Shown here: positions 12,790 through 25,619 of the stretch, piece after piece
Numbering within the stretch: position 1 is the stretch's first letter
How the letters are laid out: each line of letters begins with the position of its first letter
From: Albugo candida
Taxonomy: Eukaryota
Direction of reading: 5' to 3'
Assembly: GCA_040437565.1 (NCBI GenBank)
Contig: JBDOQK010000020.1
Span: 124,001-188,000 of the forward strand
DNA: 64,000 bases
Notes under the pieces: model-generated
What the model saw: only the letters and a program-made list of their open reading frames with translations
Told to the model about the DNA's origin: nothing
Database searches by the model: none
Program-made: the position numbers and the translations under genes

Positions 12790-15700
12790 ATGAACGATGT
12801 CATCCAAGAACGACATATACTTTTGTCATCTTTACAACAGCTTGTGGACAATCTTCGAGATCTACAAGGCACCTATCCAGAAGAGATAAACGAATCCATT
12901 CAGAGCGCATTCGATTCATTTCACGCATCGTGTGGCTTCAAAGAATTAGAGCGCCTTAAGGTGCCGCATGTCGGGCACGATTCGATTAGAGAGGTACTCG
13001 ATCAAATTCGATTGTGTACAGAACATAACCCAAGCGTCGAAAGAGTCGAGTCGCATCACCAAGCTCCCAACAATCTACTAAGTCTTCGCGATTATTCAAT
13101 ATTACAGGCAGCTATTGAACTCGCGATTTGCTGGGGCGCTTACAGACTTGTGAATCACTCAATCTCGAGCCAACAACACCGTAATGGCGAAAGTAGTCAA
13201 ATCGAGGTTAATATCCTGACGCCAATCAGAAATCGACGTCCAACAAAAACGTTTCAAAGTATACACTTTTTAAAATGTATGTAGTGTCCATCTCACACGT
13301 TCTCTGTAGTTAAAAGCAGCATTTTGGAATGGAGACAAAAGTACGACAGCAAAGATCCACAAGAAGAGCTGTTGAAGATCTCACACTCACTCGTCCGATT
13401 ACTTCTGCTTCCAGAATTTCGTCCTATACTCTTATCAAAATATTTGGTCGATCTATTTGCAGTGATCATTTATGGTAAAGCGTGCCTGGCTACGAAAAAA
13501 GAGACCAGGGAAGCATTTGAGTCGCTATACGCTACATTGATTAAGGAGCTTCCCTTGCAATTGTCTATGAGTAATATCAGGGCTGTGCTTGGCCAATGCC
13601 AGTTGACAGGTCTAAATGATTCTGAGGAGATCTTCGATTCAAACAATATCGAGATCAAACGATTCGAAGCTTTCAAAAAAGCATGCGGAAAGTGTTTGAG
13701 TACTCTGATACTTGAACGAGGTGGCGTTAAAACGACCTTGGAAATGCTGCTCGGATCAGTTCAAGAAGGTGATACGCAAGCGAGGATGCAACTGGCCAGT
13801 CTGGTGGGTTGAGCTGTTTTTTCTTCTCATATAGCTAATTTGCGTGCTGTAGATCACCAAGTGTCCATCTTTGATTCCTGCTGATCAGTATGATCGGCAT
13901 CTATACAGCGAAATCAAAGACATCTTACTCACTGAGAACAGCGACAACGTAATCAAGGAGACCAGTGTGCTAGTACTTACCCATCACATTACGGATTCCC
14001 AAGCTTTTTCCCAACAAAATTTCGAGGCACATTTTCTGAATAAAGTATTTGCAGCTTTACTTTTAGTGGATCAAAAAGAGTGCTCCGGAAAGGTCGAAAG
14101 TATCCAGGCGGCTGAAGAAGAGATCGAGCAGAGCATTCGTATACTCCGGCTGTTTTTGTGTGGAGTTCCTGTCACATCAAAAGTGCTAACTGCCCTCAAC
14201 CGAGTGTTTTATCCGGCTTTACTTCTCTACTGCTTTACCGAGAAGTGGTAAGTCTTGCAGATCTGCATCGGAAACCTTTTACTGAGACCCCGCCAACGTA
14301 GCAAGAGTTATCTCCTGGGTCAAATCCGTCCAATCCTGATCAGTACGAGTTGCACCGAGCCAAATTGACCCATTTTTCACCTAGAATCTTTTTTGTAGAT
14401 TGGATTCATGGCGCTGAAGACCCCATCACACTGATCACAATCGCGCTGGAGAAAGTATCTTTTCCGAAAGACAAAGATCATTCGATCGAGTTTCGTGCTG
14501 GTGGAAGCGGAGGTGTGGTTTTACAAATCTGTAAAGTGGAGGGATCTGATGATATATCTGCTGCATTACCGACTGCGATCGTGTCGCTTCTTTCCGACAA
14601 TATAGAGGCTTCGAATGTGGCAGGAAAGATGTTCACGTACTTGCTGACGGAGCATATGCAAATGAAAAGGTCCTCCACCTTTGAGAAAAACGGGGCATAC
14701 AAAGCAATTATTTTGTCACTGATGGTCGCGATGATGGAGAAGTTTGGTGCATCTGTCTTGCAGGATACCCATGCTATTTTTGATTGCTTGCGTACAATTC
14801 TCACTGTATATCAAATGCGCAGCTCGAGTCAAAGACTCGTTGATTTTGTTGGACTGGAGCAGAATCATGACATAGCGTTGATTGACTCGGACGAAAATGA
14901 TGACGATGAATTGATCACTCTTGGTCTTGGAATTCTGACAACGATCATCGAAGTCGGAGCACGCAATCGAAGCGAGTCTGAAGAAGATCAATTGCGTCAA
15001 TTTCTCGCGATATTGGGAGATCTATCTTCACACAAACGACCCGAGATCGCAGGTCTTGCCGCAGACGCACGAGCGAATATACTATCAAGAGGCCTCGAAG
15101 CGATGAGGCCACGGAGCATGAATCTTGACGACAGAAATGACTTTATATGCAGACTGAACAGCGCAAAATTGGATCTCGAAAGCAATCTTGTTCCTCTTCG
15201 CGCTCGAGGAATTGTTTCTCTCACAAAGTTGGTCCGATCGTGCGTTAGGCGGGAGCAAACACAGGAATGGATTGAGACTTGGGACACCCGGATCCGACAA
15301 TTGCTTGCAATTTATATCGACCATTTATCAGATGAGGAAAGCTACGTATATCTGGCTGCAATCCAAGGATTGGCAACACTAGCTGATGCTTACCCAAAAC
15401 TTGCAATCCCCCTTTTGGTAGAAAATCTACAAGACAAGAATCTGACGCTGGAGGCAAGAATCAAACTGAGTGAAGCAGTTTTATTTAGCGCCAGACGATG
15501 TGGGGAAACGTTGCCAGTGTACGCAAAGCCGCTCCTGTATGCTTTTCTGGATTGTGTTCGTGATAGGGAAGAGATCTCGCATCCGAACTCTGGTGATTGT
15601 GTCGGAAGAGCAACATTTCGGGCCAGTTGCCTCTCCAATGTCGCAGAAGTTTGCGTTTTATTAGGATGGAGTTTAGAGCCTTTCGTGTTGGACGTATTGA

Positions 15701-16095
15701 CGTGCGCATTTGGTATTCTCCAATTTGAGACAGTTCGAAAAGGGCCCAGCAATTCTTCATCCAATACGAAACAATTCGAGGGCTCCGACACAATTTCTCC
15801 CGTCGTGACGATTCGCCGCGCTGCGGTGTTTTTACTGAAGTATTTGATTCAAATGCTGGGATGGAAACTCATCGATCTTATTCCTGAGCGGCTTCACGCA
15901 TTGTATCACATCCTTGGAGTTGTAAAAAACACCGATCGAGATAAAGTTGTGCTTTATCATGCAGTCTGCGCAATGAACGCGCTTGGAGATGTGATGAAGG
16001 GAGAGGTCTTTCCTGACGCAAATTCTGTTCTTCCGGAGAGATTTGCAGCGTTACGAATCGGTGCTCGACCTGCTTCAACCTTAAGAGTGTTGTGA
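12790..16095 (+). CDS. TANGO6: TANGO6 / RTP1-like HEAT-repeat protein, multi-exon
   Basis: LLSLRDYSILQAAIELAICWG near the N-terminus. RTP1 C-terminal-like segments DLESNLVPLRARGIVSL, HLSDEESYVYLAAIQGL, RIKLSEA, FRASCLSN, IRRAAVFLL. Confidence 0.8.
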
Positions 16096-16668
16096 GAATT
16101 CACTTCAACAAAAATCTTTTTTGGGAATGGGTGCGCGCAGGGACCTTAAATACGGTCTGTTTGATTATTTCCTAAAGCTGTGTGCTGATACATCATAGAT
16201 AGTAGTGAAGGAGGCTACATACTGTCGAAATTGGAAGACGTTATGTATGTTATATTCATGTGTTGCGAATGTAGCAAGGGGAAATGTGTCCGTACTTGCG
16301 GCCTTTATGAGCTATCATTCAAGCATTTTCACCCCGTTGATTTGATTATAGTAGTAAATTTGTGTGGGATCAAGTTCATATCACCATAACGTCGTGCATT
16401 TTATCATTGACGGATAAAGCTGTTGTTGTGACATTGTTCAATAACAAGACAAATGCATTGTTTCGTGCAAACGAACGCAAGGGTTCATACATTATATAAA
16501 GGAATATCATATTCACTATGACGTTGATTATGAGCCAAATACTGTGCTTCAATGACGAGTAATCCGACNNNNNNNNNNNNNNNNNNNNNNNNNNNNNNNN
16601 NNNNNNNNNNNNNNNNNNNNNNNNNNNNNNNNNNNNNNNNNNNNNNNNNNNNNNNNNNNNNNNNNNNN

Positions 16669-19042
16669 CTCAACCGAGTGTTTTATCCGGCTTTACTTCT
16701 CTACTGCTTTACCGAGAAGTGGTAAGTCTTGCAGATCTGCATCGGAAACCTTTTACTGAGACCCCGCCAACGTAGCAAGAGTTATCTCCTGGGTCAAATC
16801 CGTCCAATCCTGATCAGTACGAGTTGCACCGAGCCAAATTGACCCATTTTTCACCTAGAATCTTTTTTGTAGATTGGATTCATGGCGCTGAAGACCCCAT
16901 CACACTGATCACAATCGCGCTGGAGAAAGTATCTTTTCCGAAAGACAAAGATCATTCGATCGAGTTTCGTGCTGGTGGAAGCGGAGGTGTGGTTTTACAA
17001 ATCTGTAAAGTGGAGGGATCTGATGATATATCTGCTGCATTACCGACTGCGATCGTGTCGCTTCTTTCCGACAATATAGAGGCTTCGAATGTGGCAGGAA
17101 AGATGTTCACGTACTTGCTGACGGAGCATATGCAAATGAAAAGGTCCTCCACCTTTGAGAAAAACGGGGCATACAAAGCAATTATTTTGTCACTGATGGT
17201 CGCGATGATGGAGAAGTTTGGTGCATCTGTCTTGCAGGATACCCATGCTATTTTTGATTGCTTGCGTACAATTCTCACTGTATATCAAATGCGCAGCTCG
17301 AGTCAAAGACTCGTTGATTTTGTTGGACTGGAGCAGAATCATGACATAGCGTTGATTGACTCGGACGAAAATGATGACGATGAATTGATCACTCTTGGTC
17401 TTGGAATTCTGACAACGATCATCGAAGTCGGAGCACGCAATCGAAGCGAGTCTGAAGAAGATCAATTGCGTCAATTTCTCGCGATATTGGGAGATCTATC
17501 TTCACACAAACGACCCGAGATCGCAGGTCTTGCCGCAGACGCACGAGCGAATATACTATCAAGAGGCCTCGAAGCGATGAGGCCACGGAGCATGAATCTT
17601 GACGACAGAAATGACTTTATATGCAGACTGAACAGCGCAAAATTGGATCTCGAAAGCAATCTTGTTCCTCTTCGCGCTCGAGGAATTGTTTCTCTCACAA
17701 AGTTGGTCCGATCGTGCGTTAGGCGGGAGCAAACACAGGAATGGATTGAGACTTGGGACACCCGGATCCGACAATTGCTTGCAATTTATATCGACCATTT
17801 ATCAGATGAGGAAAGCTACGTATATCTGGCTGCAATCCAAGGATTGGCAACACTAGCTGATGCTTACCCAAAACTTGCAATCCCCCTTTTGGTAGAAAAT
17901 CTACAAGACAAGAATCTGACGCTGGAGGCAAGAATCAAACTGAGTGAAGCAGTTTTATTTAGCGCCAGACGATGTGGGGAAACGTTGCCAGTGTACGCAA
18001 AGCCGCTCCTGTATGCTTTTCTGGATTGTGTTCGTGATAGGGAAGAGATCTCGCATCCGAACTCTGGTGATTGTGTCGGAAGAGCAACATTTCGGGCCAG
18101 TTGCCTCTCCAATGTCGCAGAAGTTTGCGTTTTATTAGGATGGAGTTTAGAGCCTTTCGTGTTGGACGTATTGACGTGCGCATTTGGTATTCTCCAATTT
18201 GAGACAGTTCGAAAAGGGCCCAGCAATTCTTCATCCAATACGAAACAATTCGAGGGCTCCGACACAATTTCTCCCGTCGTGACGATTCGCCGCGCTGCGG
18301 TGTTTTTACTGAAGTATTTGATTCAAATGCTGGGATGGAAACTCATCGATCTTATTCCTGAGCGGCTTCACGCATTGTATCACATCCTTGGAGTTGTAAA
18401 AAACACCGATCGAGATAAAGTTGTGCTTTATCATGCAGTCTGCGCAATGAACGCGCTTGGAGATGTGATGAAGGGAGAGGTCTTTCCTGACGCAAATTCT
18501 GTTCTTCCGGAGAGATTTGCAGCGTTACGAATCGGTGCTCGACCTGCTTCAACCTTAAGAGTGTTGTGAGAATTCACTTCAACAAAAATCTTTTTTGGGA
18601 ATGGGTGCGCGCAGGGACCTTAAATACGGTCTGTTTGATTATTTCCTAAAGCTGTGTGCTGATACATCATAGATAGTAGTGAAGGAGGCTACATACTGTC
18701 GAAATTGGAAGACGTTATGTATGTTATATTCATGTGTTGCGAATGTAGCAAGGGGAAATGTGTCCGTACTTGCGGCCTTTATGAGCTATCATTCAAGCAT
18801 TTTCACCCCGTTGATTTGATTATAGTAGTAAATTTGTGTGGGATCAAGTTCATATCACCATAACGTCGTGCATTTTATCATTGACGGATAAAGCTGTTGT
18901 TGTGACATTGTTCAATAACAAGACAAATGCATTGTTTCGTGCAAACGAACGCAAGGGTTCATACATTATATAAAGGAATATCATATTCACTATGACGTTG
19001 ATTATGAGCCAAATACTGTGCTTCAATGACGAGTAATCCGAC
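16669..19042 (+). repeat. Gap-flanking duplicate of 14195-16568 (second 'TANGO6' last exon); probable assembly overlap
   Basis: Offset exactly 2474 bp, identical translated ORFs, begins mid-exon right after the 100-N gap at 16569-16668. Confidence 0.9.
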
Positions 19043-19764
19043 AATTAGCGGTCGCAACCTAGCCTCTGAGCAATTGCACGGATGCACACTTTTCGTTAGA
19101 ATGATAGCATACCTCTGAAACGGCGTTGGATGTGACACACTGAGTCACGGGAATGTAATTCCCGAGTTGGCTCGATCTTGATGAGTTAGAAAAAAAGAGA
19201 GAATTGTTTACACTATTACTTGAAACAATTCAAATGAGTCCTTGAAGCCATTGTGTATACAATCAAGAAAGGAAAGTATCTGCAGCTTCGAGGTCTCTTC
19301 GAAAAGTTCTGTGCAGCAACTTGATATCTGCAGTTGGAAGTGTGTCGATGAGCAACAGCTACGCGATCAATCCATTCAAGTCTTGCAGACAGTTTGTTTC
19401 TCGTTACCGCAAATTGCACACGTCTTCAATTTTGTTGGACGGATGACCCCCGTAAGAAAGGCAAATTCATACACAAGTGTGTTTGGCAAGCATTAGCGAT
19501 TCTCAAACCACATTTGTTGATGGCGAACGCGATGATTTGTACAACGCTCTGCATGCTTGGCAGGATATATGCTGACGCTAGTCTGGAAATCCATACCATA
19601 TTTTCTAACTTTCGATTTCTATTGATCGTATCGCTTGAATGGATACTATGTGCTAATGGGAATCATTTGAAATCAGATCAATTGTTGTAGCCTTTTGGTG
19701 TACGATTGTCGAATAAATTTCTCAATAGATCTCGACCGGCCAAAGTAAACATTTCACCAGTCAT

Positions 19765-20265
19765 CATCATGCCATCCGGAAACGTGATCGCTCGCATACC
19801 GCTCACACGCTTCAGCACAAGCGAATAACTGCTCTTCGGATAAAAGTCCCAGATTAAGACGTCAAGTCACAGAACAGAAGATGAGTGATGAAGGCTACTT
19901 CGTACGCTCACTTAAGAGAAACAGCACGTCATCTTCCGCGAGCTGAAAAGAACACGCGCAGATCACTCGCGCGGTGCAATCCTCAATCCGCTCCTTTTTG
20001 AGAGGGATCCAATAGGAGTGAGCCATCTTTTGTAAGGCAACATGTGGTAGATGTCACAAGACAATGCATCACAATTCCAGCATCCATTAGTGCCATTGTC
20101 ACTACATCATTCACTGTAGACGCAAGGTACACATATAAATACTTAAGGGCTCCCATTTAGGAATCGGAGTCTAATCGTAGCAAAATTCCTTCAACGAGAA
20201 CATCGATCCAGCGTCTTCGATGGGTTGGATCACGATGCTGATTATTGTCCGAGGAAACTTCTGTC
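19765..20265 (-). pseudogene. Exosome RNase PH subunit RRP46 (EXOSC5)-like relic, frameshifted
   Basis: Manual translation: KFPRTIISIVIQPIEDAGSMFS ... VTMALMDAGIVMHCLVTSTTCCLTKDGSLLLDPSQK, then a frameshift in an A-run (~19995-20000), ERIEDCTARVICACSF ... GLLSEEQLFACAEACER. No intact N-terminal half was found. Confidence 0.65.
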
Positions 20266-22923
20266 GCCTAATTATCGGTTCATACATATGCTGCAGCTTT
20301 TCTCAAAATTGTGAAGCCACCTCACTTCCGATTATGTTAAGATGTGTTCATGGCAGTCAATGCATTCGTTCTGATGTTTTGTGTGGACTGATATAAGGCC
20401 TCGCTTATTTGTCTCAGTATTTCGTGTTCCTTGCAAATTTGTCGACTATAATGTATCCTTCACCATCGCAAATTCGAAATTGACGTACATTGCATTCGAA
20501 TCTCATTGCAAAGTGAAAGAAGAATTGTTCAACCGTTCTAGATGCTTCACCCTTGGATTTCGCCAGATATACAACAGAATACTTCAATATGAGTTAGTTC
20601 ATTGACAGCATATATGTTCCTCGTAGATCTTGAAGCTTGATCAGAGCTTATACGTAGCTACAAATATCTAAGCATTGATTCATTGTGCTGGCCGAATCGT
20701 CGGTAAAAGCGTTAGCAAATTTCTAAATACTGGACAGCTCTAACAGAGGACTAGTGAAGTCAGTTGATTAATCATTCTAAATGCGCATCACCCTCTTACT
20801 GTCACAAAAACGAGCTCGTTTCTTACTATCTTCACTAAAGTGCGGTACCTGAATCTATCCACTTGAAATTTTTAATGACCGTCCCTAGCTTTCCGTATTA
20901 AACAATCATGCACGGTTCTTGCCGCATATTGTACGTTGTGAAATATGACATTCCAGAGTGATCCTTGATCACCTCGCGGGCTATTATCCACTTTCTTCCC
21001 AATCCATTTCCATTTTGAAAATACTCGATTTCTGCGATCTCCCTGCACGGCTCCCAATCTGACGATCATTCATATGCCCAATTTCCCAAATTGTAACACT
21101 TTATTGGTTCACTTCATCGTCATCAACTATTCAATCTCGACTGATCAAATCTGAGTTTATAAGCTGCGCGAATGAAAATGCTTTTCTGGGCCTGTCATTT
21201 GAAGTCGAGCGTTGTTGTATCCACTCGAGAAATGATAACTCCTTTCCGTCCGACATTTGAAAAGTCGATCAAGCTTACTGGAGCATACCGTCCGCTTGTA
21301 TTACTACTCCTCTGCTTACCGGTCGGAATATAGAATTCACACTTCAAGATCTGTTCATCGGTTCCTTATTCATTAAAGCTTCATGGCTTACGTCCTGGTG
21401 ATGCAGGCTAGAGTAATTAGTCATCTGTTAGATGACTTGCTGCCCGAGAACCTTTACCCTCAGATTCCGTCTTTAGCACCCGAAGCTGCGGTTTCCACTC
21501 CATATCACGACAGATGTGTAGAGCGCACAAGGTCTCCGATCGATTCCTTTCATCGTATGGCTGTAGCAATTCCTTGCTTTTGGACGAATCATCCATTTGC
21601 ACCACACGGTGCAGTATTTGCATGGCCTGATCAGAGCTTTCTCCAAACTAGTTATCTTATGCTGCATCTATCTTGCATCCTCTCGTCACCAACCGAGGCA
21701 AGACGAGTACGCAAATTGTTAACCTTGTTCCATGATGTTATCGTAGGAGTCATTACAAAATCTCGAAGCTGGTTGCAAAGCTGGACACGGTTATAAAGGC
21801 GGCGCTACACGAAAACTCGTAATAGAAATCGACGACTACGACCGCTCCAGACGCAGGGCACGAAACCGAATCTTTGCAGTAACAGCATCATTTTTTTGAG
21901 TATTTTCAACTCGTCTGCTAGGTTGGTTTTTTGAACAATTAGGCCGCAATGATGTTCTTGGATAGCGAATCAAGATTTCAAGATTGGTGATCAAAAACGA
22001 GGAAATAGCTTGACATGAATTGGCGATTCATGGTCAGATGCAATTGCGCTGATGGAAGTGCATGTACACAGTTCGGCAACATGATTGCAGTGTGCCTTCG
22101 TCAGTTCTCAGCAACTCCTGGTCTACTTGTTCTCGCCAACTTCTTCAACGTTCAGATGCAGATGCCGCCTTGTACTAGGATGTGTAGCTGCAGGTCATCT
22201 GGTGCAATCGAGATCGTCGGTCGCTTGACCAGTACTCAACTTACCGGGATATACACGCGTTCAGTGCACACTTTTGTCACTTCGACGGCAGCATCACTAT
22301 CAAGACAGAAAGGATCATTGCTTTCGGAACGGCAACAGCACTCAAGCTTGTGGATTGAAGTACGCACAAGTTGCACTTCTGCTAAATAGACTGCGATTAA
22401 TTATGTAAATATATTCCATGCATTTATTCCTTTTGTCATTCTAACCGTGTTACATAACTCAAATGAATTCACTTTCATTACATTTCTATATACTATACTT
22501 CAATACAACACATCCGTCTACAAAGCACTCGCATGTGCAAGCCGCCGATTGTGGAATACACGGTACTTTGCGCCGCCACATTATCTAAAAATAGCGGCAC
22601 CAATGCCCAAATGCATCAATTGCACATATCGATGGGTATATGTCATTCTGTGTGTCCTTCGCATCGATCAATCAATGCAAAAGGACACACAAAATGAAAT
22701 ACACCTATCGATATCATCCCATGCGCCGACGCCGATATCGACTCCGCTTCCTCGGAATCGACATGTATCATGCGCGAATTCTCCCAATCAGCATGAAGCA
22801 TCATGCAAAGAGACTTACGAGGTCAGGGCAACATGTGTACGTACCGCTTTTCTCATGCATACTCATTTCAAGTCAACTAATATCTTACGATTGCAGCGAG
22901 TGCGAAAGACGACGCCAACAAAT

Positions 22924-24692
22924 ATGCTTGCATCCACGAGAAATGCGACACCGTCGACTATGAAGCGTGTCGGCGGTGGGTATGTGCTAAGAGCACATCC
23001 AACAGATACGTCAGTGAGGACACCTACACGACAGCGCGTGGCTCGACCGACACCGATAACGACAACGACAACAACACCGACAACGACAACGACGAGAACG
23101 GCGCGAGCCAACGCACCACGAGACGGAACGATATCGACCACGGCTCGCTTTTTGAGGACACCTCCTACACGAACAAATCCAACTGGACGAACGTCGACCC
23201 TGGCTCGCGTTCCAGCGACAAATGCAGCACGGGCTACTGCCACAAGACGAGCATCTCCGGTGATGACTCGTGGCACTGAATCAACGACGACCCGTGCTCC
23301 CGCCGTGCGTCCAGGACCAATTACGTCAAGTCAAACGCGTCCACGACCAATTACGGCAACTCAGACGCGTCTGGACGAAAATGCGCGGCTGAAAAACGAA
23401 AATGCGCAGCTGAAGAATGATAATGCGCAGCTGAAGAACGATAATGCGCAACTGAAGAATGATAATGCGCAGCTGAAGAATGATAATGCGCAGCTTTCGC
23501 GGGCATTGCTGAATACAACGACTCAGCTCCAAGATGCCACTAAAGAAGTGAGCAAGCTCAAGATGGATGTCGAAGAACTAGAAAAAAGGTTGCACGCAAG
23601 TCGAAAACGCAACGTTATGAATCAAAGCAAGCTGGACGATGCGATGAAGATCCACGAAGAAGATGCATATCAGTTAAAGCAACTTATGGATGGACACGAG
23701 CAGCTCAAGCGGGAGTTGCACAAGTCACATACAATGATCCAGGACCTGAAGATCTATATGGAAGTGCAACAAAACCAATTGGACAACATGCAGAAGACGC
23801 ATGGTACCAAGACTTCCGTCTCAACTGGAGTGCAAACAACGGCAATGGGTACCCAAAGCAACTCGAGGGAGCACCTATACCGATTACAGCACGAAGAGGA
23901 CGAAATCAAGATGAAGGATATGATAAAGGAAAACATGGAGCTCAAAACGGAGGTTGTCAAGTCAAGGTNNNNNNNNNNNNNNNNNNNNNNNNNNNNNNNN
24001 NNNNNNNNNNNNNNNNNNNNNNNNNNNNNNNNNNNNNNNNNNNNNNNNNNNNNNNNNNNNNNNNNNNNGTCTCAACTGGAGTGCAAACAACGGCAATGGG
24101 TACCCAAAGCAACTCGAGGGAGCACCTATACCGATTACAGCACGAAGAGGACGAAATCAAGATGAAGGATATGATAAAGGAAAACATGGAGCTCAAAACG
24201 GAGGTTGTCAAGTCAAGGTCGATGCTTGAAGCCTTTGAGGATTTTATGAACAATCAGCTCGCGTTCTTGGATGCGAACACAGAATTCAGTCCAACAGATG
24301 CAGTTGCAGCCGAAGCTGCTGGAAACATCGAGTGCGAACAAGGAGTGGCAGTTCATGGACAGAAAATACATCTCGAAAATGGCCTCATCACGTCATTGAG
24401 GATGAAAGTGTACATGCTGGAAGTGAAACTGAAGGATTCTGAGTACAACAAGGAGCTATTGCAAATGCAGCTGGACAAGTTTGCAATTGGAAACTGGAAC
24501 AGTGACGAGAAGCGGGACTTCGTGCCGGATTGGAATTCAAGCAGCTTGGATTACCAGCTTCAATCGGATAGCGACGTCTCATGGACACCAAGCGCATCTT
24601 CGGAATGCCCCATCGCGTCATTACGCAATAGCAACACTTGGGGGACATCAAGTGCATCTGTTCAAAGACCTCATCACGTCATTGAGCAATAG
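22924..24692 (+). CDS. Orphan protein: Thr/Arg/Pro-rich disordered N-terminus plus long coiled coil (continuous once the 23818-23968/24069-24219 overlap is collapsed)
   Basis: Long ORF. Inr-like CTCATTTC at ~22862 precedes ATG 22924. Contains heptad repeats NAQLKND. No family recognised. Confidence 0.65.
23377..23495 (+). repeat. 21-bp coding tandem repeat (~5.7 copies) encoding heptad (E/D)NAQLKN
   Basis: GATAATGCGCAGCTGAAGAAY units read directly. Confidence 0.95.
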
Positions 24693-25118
24693 CAACACTT
24701 CGTGGACATCAAGTGCATCTGTTCAATGACCTCATCACGTCATTGAGCAATAGCAACACTCCATGGACATCAAGTGCATCTGTTCAATGACCTCATCACG
24801 TCATTAAGCAATAGCAACACTTCGTGGACATCAAGTGCATCTGTTCAATGACCTCATCGCGTCATTACGCAATAGCAACACTTGGGGGACATCAAGTGCA
24901 TCTGTTCAAAGACCTCATCACGTCATTGAGCAATAGCAACACTTCGTGGACATCAGTGCATCTGTTCAATGACCTCATCACGTCATTGAGCAATAACAAC
25001 ACTTCGTGGACATCAGTGCATCTGTTCAATGACCTCATCACGTCATTGAGCAATAGCAACACTCCATGGACATCAAGTGCATCTGTTCAATGACCTCATC
25101 ACGTCATTAAGCAATAGC
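24611..25118 (+). repeat. 61-bp minisatellite, 8 full units plus a partial
   Basis: Consensus CATCACGTCATTGAGCAATAGCAACACTTCGTGGACATCAAGTGCATCTGTTCAATGACCT. Unit starts 24611, 24672, 24733, 24794, 24855, 24916, 24976, 25036, 25097. Two units are 60 bp. Confidence 0.95.
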
Positions 25119-25619
25119 GCCAAAATGAAGCTGAAGAATTGTCGTTGTTTGAAATAGCTGTTCAGTTTAAGTGCAACACATGATTGTAATTAATATAAGT
25201 CATTCTGCTATATTGGTTGTTTTAGTGTCATCCCTTAAGAGAATTGAAAGTTTGCCTCCTATTCCATTACAAGATTACAAGCTCACTCGACGCAGGTTAT
25301 TGCATATATAGTCATTCTACACAGTAATATTTTCCGTGACAAAAGACTCGCAAAAGTAAGTGAAAGTGCATGTGGACGAACCAGATCCTACTCCAGCCTA
25401 GTGTGGCGGATCTGAATAGTAACAGAGATTCGTAAGTTGTGGCAAGCTAGTGGGTAAGCTAACTTAATAAACGATGGCCAACTTTGAAACACATTCATCA
25501 AACGCGTAAAAAACATTTGACTTTTTCATTATGAGCTCATCGAATCCTCGTGCTTATATGATAACTATCTAATCGATTTGGTCGTTCACTTTCTACTACA
25601 ATCACGCTATCGATCATGT

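Noticed and set aside
16824-18569. Second TANGO6 gene as a real tandem duplication
   Set aside because: Identical, starts mid-exon at a gap edge, and shows the same pattern as seven other gaps.
24611-25118. CRISPR-like periodic array (~61 bp period)
   Set aside because: Units are contiguous near-identical repeats without unique spacers; no cas genes; eukaryotic context.
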